Notes under the pieces: model-generated
The model's input: the letters and a program-made list of their open reading frames with translations, nothing else
Databases searched by the model: none
Told to the model about the DNA's origin: nothing
In this document: in pieces, positions 37,745-48,673 of the stretch
How the letters are laid out: each line of letters opens with the position of its first letter
How positions within the stretch are numbered: position 1 is the first letter of the stretch
NCBI GenBank assembly: GCA_963845755.1
Contig: CAWJTV010000020.1
Coordinates: 722,742 to 786,741, forward strand
Direction of reading: 5' to 3'
Source of the DNA: an uncultured Planctomycetota bacterium
Lineage (GTDB): Bacteria > Planctomycetota > Planctomycetia > Isosphaerales > Isosphaeraceae
DNA: 64,000 bases
Made by a program: the position numbers and the translations under genes

Positions 37745-40288
37745 TCAATCCGCATCGGGAGCACTCGGACGGCGGCGCCGATCGTCCGTTGCGAACTCGA
37801 ATCGGACTTCTCCGCCTTCCAGCTTCAAGTGGGCCTCGAACGGTTTGCCGGCTTTCGATTGGAAGCCACGGATCAACGGGCTCTTCCCTCGCTTCAGCAG
37901 TGCCTCGGCGGTGCGAACACCGATCGTTTTGCCGGCGATCGTCTTCCAGATCGCAAATCGGCAGCCCTGCTTCCATGCGCTGCATCCATAGGACTTCGGC
38001 TGCTCGATGACATCGGAGCCGCATACCGGGCAGCGACCCAACGACACGGGAGCGAACCGCCCGGGCGGCTCGGGAGCACCCGATGCGTTCTCCGAGGAAG
38101 TGGATTCTGGCGGTGTCTCGCGCTTGGCTTTCGAGGCCGCGGGTTCCGGCGCGGCTTCTGAACTTTCGGCCGCTGGCTTCCTGCGACGACGGGTCCCTGA
38201 TCCTTTCCGCGATCCCGCCGTTCGCGGTCCGCCCCTCTTCGGTTTGGCGGGGCCCCGCGGACGACCGGTCGGGACCGGGATCTCGGTCAGAGCCCCGTTG
38301 TCCGTAAGATGGAGCAGGACCGAGCCGGAGCCCTCGATGGAGAGCGGGCCCAGCACGCGGTGCTGAAGCAGCTCGCGGACCTGGTCCTCGCTCAGCGAGA
38401 GATCCCGATGCTCGCGCCAGAGGACGAAGGGGCAACCGTCGCGCCAGCCAGAGCAGCCGTAACCGCGCTTGCCCTCGATCACGGGTCGTCCGCATCGCGG
38501 GCATTCGCCGAGCCGTCCCGGATCGATTGCCGCCGCCTGGTCGGAGCGAATCACTTCGCCCGTGTATCGCACGATCGCCGCCATGAACTCACGCGGATCG
38601 AGTTCCCCCCGTTCGACCTGGCGCAGCTTCGCCTCCCAGTCGCCCGTCAGTTCGGGACTCTTGAGGCCACGGTCCCGCACGATGGCGACGAGGTAGCGGC
38701 CCAGGTCTGTCGCGGCCAGGGTTTTCTTGTCGCGTACGATGTAGCCGCGATCCAGGAGCGTCTCGATGATCGAGGCGCGTGTTGCGGGCGTACCAAGTCC
38801 CCGCTCCTTGAGCGCTTCCTTGAGATGTTCTTCGTCCACGAGCTTCCCGGCCGTCTCCATCGCGCCGAGCAAGGTTCCTTCGGTGTAGGACTTCGGAGGC
38901 GTGGTCTCGCCGCGCCGGACGAACGGCTCATGCGGCCCGCTCTCGCCCGGCCGGAACTCGGGCAGCTCCTGGTCCTCCTCCTTCTTGTCGTCGTCCTTGC
39001 GGGGATAGAGTACGGTCCAGCCGGGATCGAGCACGCGGACCCCCTTGGCTCGGAACGGCACCGTGTTGGAGGTCCCGGAAACGGTCGTGACTTCCTTGAC
39101 GCAGACCGGGTAGAAGACGGCGATCAAGCGAGTGACGACCGCGTCGAACACCTTCTGTGCCGCCGGGGCGAGGTCGCCCGGCGACTTGCCGGTGGGGATG
39201 ATCGCGTGGTGGTCGCTGACCTTGGCATCGTTGATGATCCGACCGCTGAAGGCGAGGGCTTTCAAGTCCAGCTTGCCGATCTCGACCGGCTTGAGCGGCT
39301 TCAGGTCGGCCAGGATTCCGGGTATCTGACTCTTCAGATCGTTGCCGAGATAGCGCGAGTCCGTGCGCGGGTAGCTGATCAGCTTGGCTTCATAGAGCGA
39401 CTGAGCTGCCTTGAGGGTGGCGTCAGCCGACATCCCGTACCGCCGGTTCATGTCGCGCTGGAGCTCGGTCAGGTCGTACAATTGGGGCGGCTGGATGCGC
39501 TCGGGTTTCCGTTCAACGCCGACGATCGTGAACGGATGGCCGAGGACGCGCTGGAGTATGGTCTGGGCGTCCTCTTCCTTGGTGAACCGATCGCCGGCAA
39601 ACTTGAACGTCACCTCGCGGTACTTGGTCAGCAATTCCCAGAATGGCTCGGGTTTGAAGGTACGGATCTCGTCGTCGCGGCGGACGATCATGGCCAGGAC
39701 GGGCGTCTGCACCCGCCCGACGCTCCAGAGGATGCCGCTCTCCCGGTGGCTCACGGTGTAGTAGCGTGTCGCGTTCAGGCCGACGACCCAGTCGGCCTCG
39801 CTCCGGCAGCGGGCCGCGGCGTAGAGTGCGTCGTAATCGGAGAGCGGCCGAAGACGCCGGAAGGCGTCTCGGATGGCCGACTCGGTGAGGGAACTGAGCC
39901 AGAGCCGTCGCGCCGGCTTGCTCGTGCTTCCGAGCAGTTCCTGGATGTAGCGGAAGATCAGCTCGCCTTCACGGCCGGCATCCGTGGCGCAGATCAGCTC
40001 GGCGGCGGACCGGAAGAGCCGCCGGACGACGGCGAGCTGTTTACGCGCCCGCGCCTCGTCGATCGGCTTGAGCGCGAACGGGTCGGGGACGAACGGGAGG
40101 GTTGCCAGCGACCATTGCTTGAGCGCCGGGTCATAATCTTGCGGCTCCTTCAGCGTAACCAGATGTCCCAGAGCCCAGGTGACCTGGTAGTCCCGCCCTT
40201 CGTAGTAGCCCTCATGGCGTGCCGAGGCGCCGAGGAACGATGCGAGCTCGCGCACGACCGATGGCTTCTCCGCAACCACGACCTTCAT
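37745..40288 (-). CDS. topB: type IA DNA topoisomerase III
   Basis: AEKPS, ATDAGREGE, GRVQTP, SYPRTDS catalytic Tyr, two C-terminal Zn-ribbon repeats. Confidence 0.93.
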   Translation of the reverse strand: MKVVVAEKPSVVRELASFLGASARHEGYYEGRDYQVTWALGHLVTLKEPQDYDPALKQWSLATLPFVPDPFALKPIDEARARKQLAVVRRLFRSAAELICATDAGREGELIFRYIQELLGSTSKPARRLWLSSLTESAIRDAFRRLRPLSDYDALYAAARCRSEADWVVGLNATRYYTVSHRESGILWSVGRVQTPVLAMIVRRDDEIRTFKPEPFWELLTKYREVTFKFAGDRFTKEEDAQTILQRVLGHPFTIVGVERKPERIQPPQLYDLTELQRDMNRRYGMSADATLKAAQSLYEAKLISYPRTDSRYLGNDLKSQIPGILADLKPLKPVEIGKLDLKALAFSGRIINDAKVSDHHAIIPTGKSPGDLAPAAQKVFDAVVTRLIAVFYPVCVKEVTTVSGTSNTVPFRAKGVRVLDPGWTVLYPRKDDDKKEEDQELPEFRPGESGPHEPFVRRGETTPPKSYTEGTLLGAMETAGKLVDEEHLKEALKERGLGTPATRASIIETLLDRGYIVRDKKTLAATDLGRYLVAIVRDRGLKSPELTGDWEAKLRQVERGELDPREFMAAIVRYTGEVIRSDQAAAIDPGRLGECPRCGRPVIEGKRGYGCSGWRDGCPFVLWREHRDLSLSEDQVRELLQHRVLGPLSIEGSGSVLLHLTDNGALTEIPVPTGRPRGPAKPKRGGPRTAGSRKGSGTRRRRKPAAESSEAAPEPAASKAKRETPPESTSSENASGAPEPPGRFAPVSLGRCPVCGSDVIEQPKSYGCSAWKQGCRFAIWKTIAGKTIGVRTAEALLKRGKSPLIRGFQSKAGKPFEAHLKLEGGEVRFEFATDDRRRRPSAPDAD

Positions 40289-40654
40289 GGGTCCGTCCTC
40301 GGCAACCCCTCCCCGTGACCGGCATGAGCCGCAACCGGTCGTCGATATAACCCGGGCCTCGACGGCGGCAGTCCGCGATGTCTCAGTTCCAGGGCTCTAT
40401 CCGATTGTACACATTGACGTGGAATGCGAATAGCGTCTCGTTCCAGGTGAGGTGCGTCGCGAAGGATGTTGCCGCGGTTTCGTGACACGGCACGGTTCTT
40501 GCTAAAGTATGCAATTGTCGGGTATTCTGATCTTCCATGATCCCGCGATGGAGTCAGGCCGCGGGCGGCCGTTCGGTTTTCTGTGATTCCTGCGCGGCCG
40601 ACGGCGCGACGGACCCCGCCTAGACACCGAGTTTTTGTCAAGAGAGGGACTCCG

Positions 40655-41137
40655 ATGCGTGAACAGGCTCTGACCACTCCGGACGCCAGCGCCGATCGGC
40701 GCCGGGGTTCCACCCATTCCAGGAACTCGGCCTTGCCGGCCGTCAGCCAGGAGGACGCCCAGACGCCGGTGCCGATCTCCGAATCGAGCCACGCTGGTGG
40801 CAGCTTCCTGTACCGGCTGGTTTACCGGTCGTCCTACTTGCTGTCCTTCGGTGTCGTCTACCCCGTCATGATGGTGGTGCACGTGGTGCCCAAGAACAAC
40901 GCGATCGTCTACGGGTTGGTGGACGGTGCACTGGCGGCGTGCGCGCAAGTTGAAGGTTGGGACGCAGAAATCGGCGCGGACGACAACACCGGGGAACCGC
41001 CCCAGGAATCCGTGGCGGTCGAGAACAGCCCCGCAATCGACGGCAAACCGTCCGAAGCGACCAACCATCGTGGTCGTGGGGCTCGGCGCCGCGCCGGCTC
41101 CAGCGCCACGCCCAAGCGTTCGAGCCGCAAGCGCTGA
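40655..41137 (+). CDS. hypothetical membrane-associated protein
   Basis: GAGGG RBS; hydrophobic YLLSFGVVYP core. Confidence 0.6.
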   Translation: MREQALTTPDASADRRRGSTHSRNSALPAVSQEDAQTPVPISESSHAGGSFLYRLVYRSSYLLSFGVVYPVMMVVHVVPKNNAIVYGLVDGALAACAQVEGWDAEIGADDNTGEPPQESVAVENSPAIDGKPSEATNHRGRGARRRAGSSATPKRSSRKR

Positions 41138-41206
41138 GATGCACGGGCGACGGGCCGGGTGATTGCCGATTCCGTCGGATCTCTCGACCGGGCCATCTCC
41201 ATCGCT

Positions 41207-41494
41207 TCACGTCGGACGGTCGATGACCTTTTTCACGTGGCTTCGCATCGCTCCTTCAAAGAGCTTCCAGGCCAGTGGTATCGTTCCCCGGGCGTGGACA
41301 TCCTGCTCGTCATACCAGAACTTGACCTTGTAATTGGATCCGGAAAACGTCGCCGATCGGCGGTCTTCCGACCAGTCAACCCGGCCGATCCAGGCACCGA
41401 ACCGGGATTGCGCCTCGAGGATCGCCGCCTCGAACCGCACGTGGGCCTGTTCTTCGGGTTGACCGTGTTGAATCGAGATGTCCAGTTGTGCCAT
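41207..41494 (-). CDS. polyhydroxyalkanoic acid system (PHA_gran_rgn-like) protein
   Basis: 95 aa, ISIQHGQPEEQA...VDW...F.G..IPLAWKLFEG pattern. Confidence 0.65.
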   Translation of the reverse strand: MAQLDISIQHGQPEEQAHVRFEAAILEAQSRFGAWIGRVDWSEDRRSATFSGSNYKVKFWYDEQDVHARGTIPLAWKLFEGAMRSHVKKVIDRPT

Positions 41495-41779
41495 TGGGAC
41501 GGTCCTCCTCTCGACCGCGGATCACCTCGTCTGGCTCGCGATGTCAAATCCACTCCCCCGAGGAAGTGGAGGCGCAAGAAGCCCGCTATACATCGAACCC
41601 TCGTAGCACGCAGCATGCCTGGTGCCGGACTGTCCGATCCAGAATATCATGAAACCATTCCCCTTCATCATCCTGGTGATCGGACATCGGGACCAGCTCA
41701 GGTTGGCGATGCATCGGGCTTCGATCAACGATGGGGATAACCGTCCTCCGCGATTTTATTTCGTATCCGGGAACTACCG

Positions 41780-42775
41780 ATGAAAACTCGATCCGAAATG
41801 GCACGGACCGAATTGACTCCCTACGAGTCCGAACAGGTTCACAGTATTGCCGCCTGGAAGTCGAGGCCACCGAACCCCGTTTCCGAGCTGTGGAAGATGC
41901 TGATCCTGCCGGGCGCCCGGTTCGCTGAGAGGCTCATACCCGACCGATTCGTGCAGGCGGCGATCGAGGGATCCTATGACCTGGCCGAGCGGCTTGCCGG
42001 CCAGGAGGACATCCGGCGCCGGGCTGGAATCAAGGACCTCCAGGAACTGAGAGACAAGCCGCTGGAGGAATGTGACCGCCTGGCCGAGCAGGTCGGACTC
42101 TCCGCGCGGACCCTGGCGATCGCCGAGGGTGCGGTGACCGGTGCCGGCGGCATCCTGACCACTCTCGCGGATGTGCCGCTGCTGTTCGTCCTCGCGTTGA
42201 GAACGATCCTCAAGATCGGCCACTGCTACGGTTATCCGCTGGATCACCACAAGGGACGGCATCTTGTGCTGGGTGTCCTCGTCACAGCCCTCGCCGGTTC
42301 GCTCGAGACGAGGCGCCACCGACTCGACCGGCTGCGTGAGCTCGAGGAACTGCTGATCGTGGAGACCCAGGAGGAGATCCTCACCGAAGAACTGATGTCG
42401 TTCCTGTTCCAGCTCGAAGTGTTCGAGCCGCTACCGGGCGTCGGCGTCATCTCGGGCGCCCTGTTAAACCTGGCCTTCATGCACCGGGTTGACGTGACCG
42501 CTCAGCGGGTCTTCCAGGAGCGTTGGCTGCGAGACAACGGCAAGGTCGGTGCGATCGCCCCGGCTTCAGTGTCCGCACGGCACCTGGCCACGGGTTGGGC
42601 CGGCGCCCTGGGACGCGTGGCCTATTCGGGTTGCTATGGCCTGGGCTTCGGTGTGGCACTGCCGGTCTATGCCGTGGCGGCCTTGTTCCAGCCGATGCAA
42701 AACGCGGTCTCTCGCGGTATTCGTCATACCACAACCGCTGGTTTGGAGGGCACCCCCGCTCGGGCGACATCCTGA
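41780..42775 (+). CDS. EcsC family protein
   Basis: AEGAVTGAGG...ADVP...IGHCYGY, LPGVG and FQERWL motifs. Confidence 0.85.
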   Translation: MKTRSEMARTELTPYESEQVHSIAAWKSRPPNPVSELWKMLILPGARFAERLIPDRFVQAAIEGSYDLAERLAGQEDIRRRAGIKDLQELRDKPLEECDRLAEQVGLSARTLAIAEGAVTGAGGILTTLADVPLLFVLALRTILKIGHCYGYPLDHHKGRHLVLGVLVTALAGSLETRRHRLDRLRELEELLIVETQEEILTEELMSFLFQLEVFEPLPGVGVISGALLNLAFMHRVDVTAQRVFQERWLRDNGKVGAIAPASVSARHLATGWAGALGRVAYSGCYGLGFGVALPVYAVAALFQPMQNAVSRGIRHTTTAGLEGTPARATS

Positions 42776-42815
42776 GCGACCGACGGGTTGCAGCGTGGCT
42801 GAATCCGCCGCGAGG

Positions 42816-43865
42816 TCAGTTATTGGGCTTGGCCTTGTCCGAGGCGGTTTCAAGGAGCGCGTCGATGTCCACGTGATTCCACTCGGCGGTCTCAGCGTTG
42901 AACGTGTAGATGTGGCCGGGAATTTCTGCCGTGACCGAGTTGGGGCCGACGATCGGCACGGCGTGGGTTCCCTTGGGGAGGTCCGCGATGCCCCATCGCT
43001 GGGCCGCGACGCTATAGGCGTAGATGTACCGGCCGAGTCCGTAAGCGGCGACGCCTGGGCCCAGGATGGGCATCGCCTCGCCCTCGACGGGCTCGCGCAG
43101 GTCCTGCGTATGCCACGTCGCGTTCAGTCCGTTGGCGGCGGCGATCCGGGTAATCTTGGGGCCTGTCAGCGACAGCGCGACGACGTTCGGCCCCCAGATG
43201 GGAACAAACTTTGGTGCTGTCTCGTCCGACTCGGACAAACGGACTGAGGTCGTTTTCTTCGTCCCGAGGTCGAGGAACGTGAGCCGATCTCCCCGGGGCG
43301 AAGTCAGAATAATCGTGTTCTGGAGGCGCATGTACTTTGTGTCCGGGACTTTCGCACTCGTTCTCTCTCCCGGCTTCCGCTCGGGCTCGGCCATGAAGGT
43401 CAGGGACTTCAGTTTGTCGGGAACCAGCCTCAACGTGCCGTCGTCGATTTCGAGCGTCCAGTACGGAATGTGAACGCCCCCTCTGATCTCCTTGCCCGAG
43501 GTTGTGATCACCGTCCCCTGGACCGTCGTGTATGGCATCGTATTGTCCCCGACTGGCTGTCCCACCGGCTTCGAGAGGCGAATCGTCCTGACCTTTTCGG
43601 GGTTGATCGCATACTGACCGAGGTCGCTGTCAACGACGATCAGGCCGAGATGAATCGTACCGGAAACACTTTGACCTCCGGTCAGGTCGATCTTGACGGC
43701 ACGATCCTGTTCGATCTGCGTGTTGCCACCCATCATCCCGCCCATGCCACCCATCATCCCGCCGCCCCTTCCACCCCTACCGCCCATCATCCCGCCCATC
43801 TGGGCCGAACTGGCCACCGGTGCAAAAACGACGGCGAGAACCGCGAGCAATCCCGGCCGGATCAT
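42816..43865 (-). CDS. secreted hypothetical protein
   Basis: Signal peptide, Gly/Met-rich linker, repeated PI.GP.V.A beta motifs. Confidence 0.65.
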   Translation of the reverse strand: MIRPGLLAVLAVVFAPVASSAQMGGMMGGRGGRGGGMMGGMGGMMGGNTQIEQDRAVKIDLTGGQSVSGTIHLGLIVVDSDLGQYAINPEKVRTIRLSKPVGQPVGDNTMPYTTVQGTVITTSGKEIRGGVHIPYWTLEIDDGTLRLVPDKLKSLTFMAEPERKPGERTSAKVPDTKYMRLQNTIILTSPRGDRLTFLDLGTKKTTSVRLSESDETAPKFVPIWGPNVVALSLTGPKITRIAAANGLNATWHTQDLREPVEGEAMPILGPGVAAYGLGRYIYAYSVAAQRWGIADLPKGTHAVPIVGPNSVTAEIPGHIYTFNAETAEWNHVDIDALLETASDKAKPNN

Positions 43866-43965
43866 GATGACCTCCTTCCCGTGAAAACGAAGGTGCAAGT
43901 CGCTACCCGACTCCACCGTTACGTTGTGTCTTCATCGGAGGTTCAATCGGGTCGCACCGATGCGA

Positions 43966-44613
43966 TCAAACCGGTATTCCTCCCCACTGGACCAGCTCGG
44001 TCCCGAGCAGGACCAGAGCCACGCCCGCAGTCGAGCAGGCGAACCACACCCAAAGGTCGTCCCAGCGCGTGACCATGTAATAGGCGGTATACAGAGGTAT
44101 CACGACATAGAGGAACCCGAAGAGGAAATCCTCATGGAACGCACCGTAGGCGCCCGCACCGTATCCCGCCAGCACCATCAGGCTACCCAGGGCCATCAAT
44201 ACGCAGCCGGCGATCACCGTCCCGCGGGGAGCCAGGAGGGCGATCGCGGCGACGATGATCGCAGTGGCAACACCTCCCCAGATCAACCGGGTTCCTCCGG
44301 GAAACGGCGAGACGCGTTTGCGCTCCGGACGGGCTGTGGATTCCGGTGCACGCCGCTTCGGCCTGCGCGGGGGAGCCGTCGCATTGTCACCTCGCGACTG
44401 GACGAAGGTCGAACCGGAAGGCGGACTGAACGCGGTGACTGGGTCCGTCCGCTCAACCGTCTCCTCCAGCGCGTAGCCCACGGGCTCGGGTTCGCCAACG
44501 CTCGGGAGGGTGAAGTCACAGCCACAATATTTGCACCGCGCCGGCCTTCCGGCCACCGAGGCGTCCACGGTTCCGGCCGCGGCGCAGGAAGGGCAGGCGA
44601 ACGGGATTCTCAT
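43966..44613 (-). CDS. Zn-ribbon membrane protein
   Basis: CPSC...CKYC N-terminus; C-terminal TM segments. Confidence 0.7.
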   Translation of the reverse strand: MRIPFACPSCAAAGTVDASVAGRPARCKYCGCDFTLPSVGEPEPVGYALEETVERTDPVTAFSPPSGSTFVQSRGDNATAPPRRPKRRAPESTARPERKRVSPFPGGTRLIWGGVATAIIVAAIALLAPRGTVIAGCVLMALGSLMVLAGYGAGAYGAFHEDFLFGFLYVVIPLYTAYYMVTRWDDLWVWFACSTAGVALVLLGTELVQWGGIPV

Positions 44614-44673
44614 CGAGCGCACTCCTCGAGTTCCTGCCGCGACCGGCGCGAAAGCCGGCCGCGGCGCTGCAGA

Positions 44674-45525
44674 CTAAGCATGGGCGAGAACTTGCTGAGG
44701 AACCGCCTTGGATCGAGTACCCTCGACCGACACATGCTCCTTCATGGGGATCACCGAAAGGATGTGTCGGACGGCGCTGAGCGACTCGTTCGCCGCATCC
44801 GCGGACAACGGTTCGGTGCTCACCGCGACCGTCCAGTGCCGCTTCAGCTCGCTGACCAAGCCGAGCGTCGGCTCGCGCAGGACGCCCTTCTTGACGGCGA
44901 CATGAATGACCGCCTGGGGATCCGCGGCGTCCGTCACGATCCCGCGATTGAGGAGGACTTGCCGCAATCGGGCTTCGAAGGCCCGCCACGCCTCGACCAC
45001 GCTCAGGTCATAGTGCTGGCTGTCGTAGAGCTCCTTCGCCCGGTTGAGCGAGGCGATTTCCTGCCCCGCCAGTTGCGTCATCTTGGACACACGGTCCTGC
45101 TCGCCGAGCCGGCGGCGGATCCGCCAGACAACGAGTTGCGAGAGCGCGACCCATCCCGCGCCGAGACCCAGCGCGACCACCGGCGCCGCCCAGGCGACAT
45201 GCGAGACCGCGACCCGCTCGGCCAGTTTCGCCGAGAGGTACAGACCCGCGTAGATCGGCACGACCAGGATCGCCAGGGCGTAGATCGAGTTCCCCGTCCG
45301 CTCGCACCACGAGTGCGGGTGATCGTTCAGCAACGTCACCGCGTACAGGTAGACGCACAGGCTGAGCAAGCCCGAGGTGAGCGAGTAGACGTAGAAGACC
45401 TTCAGGTCGTAGCCGAGGTAGAGAAATCCCCAGTCCGCGAACCGGTCGAGCAACGGGTGGAGCGCAAAGAGCGTTCCCAGCAAGGCCAAGGCAAAGGTGA
45501 TCTTGAGCTTGGTGAATTCGGTCAT
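44674..45525 (-). CDS. hypothetical membrane protein
   Basis: Four N-terminal TM segments plus a helical cytoplasmic domain. Confidence 0.7.
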   Translation of the reverse strand: MTEFTKLKITFALALLGTLFALHPLLDRFADWGFLYLGYDLKVFYVYSLTSGLLSLCVYLYAVTLLNDHPHSWCERTGNSIYALAILVVPIYAGLYLSAKLAERVAVSHVAWAAPVVALGLGAGWVALSQLVVWRIRRRLGEQDRVSKMTQLAGQEIASLNRAKELYDSQHYDLSVVEAWRAFEARLRQVLLNRGIVTDAADPQAVIHVAVKKGVLREPTLGLVSELKRHWTVAVSTEPLSADAANESLSAVRHILSVIPMKEHVSVEGTRSKAVPQQVLAHA

Positions 45526-47161
45526 GGGGCAGAACCCCGTCGGGCAACCGAGAGCCGCGCCCTGACGGGCGCGCCGATCACTCGGTCAGGGAGTATTCGT
45601 CGGGCGAAACCGGAGATTGGCCAAATCCCGGCGAGTCGAGCCTCGATTTGCGGCCGCGCGATTTCCGAATCACGAACGGCCCCAGGGGCCCGTTTCGTTC
45701 AGGTGTGACTCTCGATTGATCCGGGCGTGCTGTCACCATGATCCCGCGGCCTCGCCTCGGATGGCGTAAGTGGCAGCCTTCGCGGATTGCCGGACCCGCT
45801 CGTCGGGGTCGGCCTCGCGGGCGGCGAGGGCGGGCAGCGCATTGCGCGCCGCGGTACCGATCAGGCCGAGGGCATCGACCGAGGCGAGGCGGACCGACGC
45901 GTCGCGGTCGTCGAGGCCGCGGATCAGGGCCGGGACGGCCGGCGCGGAGTGCGGCCCGAAGCCGCCGAGGATCTCAGCGGCGCTGCGGCGGACGCCAGGA
46001 TCGGGGCTCGCCAGGTCTTCGAGGGCGCCGGGGAGGAGCTTCGTCCGGAAGTCATTCGCCTTGGACTCGATCCGTCGGACGGCTTCGGAGGCAGCGTCGC
46101 GGACCACCCCTTCCTTGTCCTCGATCGCGCGGCGGAGGTCGATGAGGGCCGCCTCGGCGTCGAGGCCGATCGACCCGAGCCGCCAGGCCGCGGCGCGACG
46201 GACCTCCGGCGCGAGGTCGCCCAGGGACCGGATCAGGATGGGCACGGCCGGCCGCCCGCCCGGGCGATGGGGCAGGGATTCGCAGACCATCCGGCGGACG
46301 AACGGATTCGGGTCGGACAGGGCGTCGTAAAATTCGGGGACGTCCCCCGGGACAAGTTGGGAGTAGCAGCCCAGGGTGTTCGCGGCGAATCCGCGATTGA
46401 CCTCGTTCGGCTCCTTCAGGGCCGGCGCGAGGGCCTCGCGGACCGCCGCGAGCCGCGCCGGCTGGGGCTTCCGGCCGAGTGCTCGGATCGCCACATTGCG
46501 GACACTCATGTCACGATCCCGGGTCGCCCCCAGGACCGTGGACCATACGCTCTCGTTGTCGAGGGCGGCGCCCAGCGCGCTGACGACCCAGCCCCGAACC
46601 TCGGTGTCGGCGTCGCCGGCCGCCTCTACCTTCTAGACATATGTCTGACCGGGTACAATCGGTTGACACTTGTTTAGGAGGTCTGGCCTATGGGCGTTCG
46701 CAATCGAGACCGCGAAGTCATTGAGCGGTTGGATTCCAAGACCCTCGATGCTCGCTTTACCACTGAGATCGAGCAGGGACTTAACTGTTCCCCCTTCGAG
46801 TCCGAAGCCGTTCTCGGCGTCGTCAAAGAGGTCTACTTTCCCTTCCTCTCCGCCGAGGCCACCACGCCTTCCCCAGGGAAGATCTCGCTCATGGCGGTCG
46901 CCGCGGACGAGCCGGCCGGAAAGCCCGTCGCCGCCTGTCAAAAGCAGACCGTCTGCCTCACACTCCATCGCGGCAAGATCGACGATCTCTTGTTTCAGCA
47001 ACACGGCCCAGCCGGCTTTCGCCGGGCTCGAATCCTCGACCTTTGCCAACAGGCCTGATTAGCGACAATTAGAATTCCCGCCCAGCGACAATCAGAATTC
47101 CCGCCTCCTCTCGCTTGGTTGTTCACTACGTGGTTTCCTCCTCGGTCAGGAGGCAACCACC

Positions 47162-48673
47162 ATGACCAAGGACATCCAGGTTCTCAAGCTTCGCCAGCTT
47201 CTCGGCGAGGGAATGCCGCTCTACCGTGCGGCTTGGAAGGTGGGTATGGACGCCAAGACCGCTCAAAAGTACCGAGACTCGGATCGCCTGCCCAGTGAAT
47301 CGTGGACTCCCAAGACCTGGCGGACCCGGGAGGATCCGTTCCAGGAAGTCTGGCCGGAACTCCACGATCGGCTGGTGCTCAACCCGGGGCTCCAAGCCAA
47401 GACCCTGTTTGAGGATCTTCAGCATCGCTTCCCGGGCCGGTTCCCCGACGGCCAGCTCCGGACCTTGCAACGGAAGATCAAAGCGTGGCGGGCCACCGAC
47501 GGTCCACCCAAGGAGGTTTTCTTCGATCAGATCCACACGCCCGGCGCGTTGGGCGCCTCCGACTTCACTTCCCTGAACGATTTGCAGGTCACACTCGCTG
47601 GCCAATCGTTCGATCACCTGGTCTATCACTTCGTTCTGACCTACTCCAACTGGGAGACCGGCACCGTCTGTTTCTCCGAAAGTTTCGAGAGCCTCAGCCA
47701 GGGGCTCCAGAACGCCCTTTGGGAACTGGGAGGGGTTCCCCAGACTCATCGCACCGATCGGCTCACGGCCGCGGTCAACAACCTCGGCGATCGGGACTTG
47801 TTCCAGCAACGATACCGCGCCTTGATGGCCCACTATGGCATGGCACCTCAAGCCATCCAGGCTGGTAAGGCCAACCAGAACGGAGACGCCGAACAGAGTC
47901 ATAACCGGTTCAAACAAGCGATGGATCAGGCCCTGATGTTGCGCAGCGGCCGCGATTTCGCCGACCGAGCAGCCTACGAGCTGTTCCTTCGCCAGGTCTT
48001 CGCTCAGCGCAACAGCGGACGGATCCCGCGGTTCACCGAGGAACGACTGTTGCTGAAGGACCTCCCCTCGCGGCGGGTGGACGCCTGGCACCGGCGCCGG
48101 GTGCGGGTCACCCAGGGGAGTACGATCCGGGTTGGCTCCAACACCTACTCGGTGCCGAGCCGACTCATCGGTGAACAGGTCGATGTCCATGTGATGGCGG
48201 AATGCCTGGAGGTGTGGCACGGCGCGGTGCTGATTGAAAAGGTCCCTCGGCAGCGCGGCCACAACAAACACGTGATTAACTATCGGCACGTGATCGACTG
48301 GTTGGTGCGCAAGCCGGGGGCGTTCGCGGCCTATCGGCACCGGGACGCGATGTTCCCAACCGGCCGGTTTCGCCGAGCCTACGACGTCTTGCTGGCACAA
48401 AGCCCGGCCCGCGCCACCAAGGATTATCTCCGGATCCTGGAGTTGGCGGCGAAGGAGTCGGAAGTCGGGGTTGACGCCGTCCTGGGCCGGCTCTTGGACG
48501 GGAACATGCCGATCACCCCGACCGTCGTCACGGAGCACCTGGGTCACGACCTGGGCCTGCCTCGCGCGATGGAGGTGGTCGTCACGACGGTGGATTTGTC
48601 GATGTACGACCTGTTACTCGAGACCAGGGAGGATATTCCATCAGTAAGCCAATCGATGTGCATGAGTCTCTGA
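47162..48673 (+). CDS. istA: IS21 transposase IstA
   Basis: ASDFT, HRTDRL, NGDAEQ and NTYSVPSRLIG motifs. Confidence 0.93.
   Translation: MTKDIQVLKLRQLLGEGMPLYRAAWKVGMDAKTAQKYRDSDRLPSESWTPKTWRTREDPFQEVWPELHDRLVLNPGLQAKTLFEDLQHRFPGRFPDGQLRTLQRKIKAWRATDGPPKEVFFDQIHTPGALGASDFTSLNDLQVTLAGQSFDHLVYHFVLTYSNWETGTVCFSESFESLSQGLQNALWELGGVPQTHRTDRLTAAVNNLGDRDLFQQRYRALMAHYGMAPQAIQAGKANQNGDAEQSHNRFKQAMDQALMLRSGRDFADRAAYELFLRQVFAQRNSGRIPRFTEERLLLKDLPSRRVDAWHRRRVRVTQGSTIRVGSNTYSVPSRLIGEQVDVHVMAECLEVWHGAVLIEKVPRQRGHNKHVINYRHVIDWLVRKPGAFAAYRHRDAMFPTGRFRRAYDVLLAQSPARATKDYLRILELAAKESEVGVDAVLGRLLDGNMPITPTVVTEHLGHDLGLPRAMEVVVTTVDLSMYDLLLETREDIPSVSQSMCMSL

Noticed and set aside
38309..40318. Long antisense ORFs (also 23107-24777, 31953-33344, 43924-45708, 47126-48547, 56077-57246)
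   Set aside because: They are shadow frames of real genes in high-GC DNA and have no recognisable motifs.
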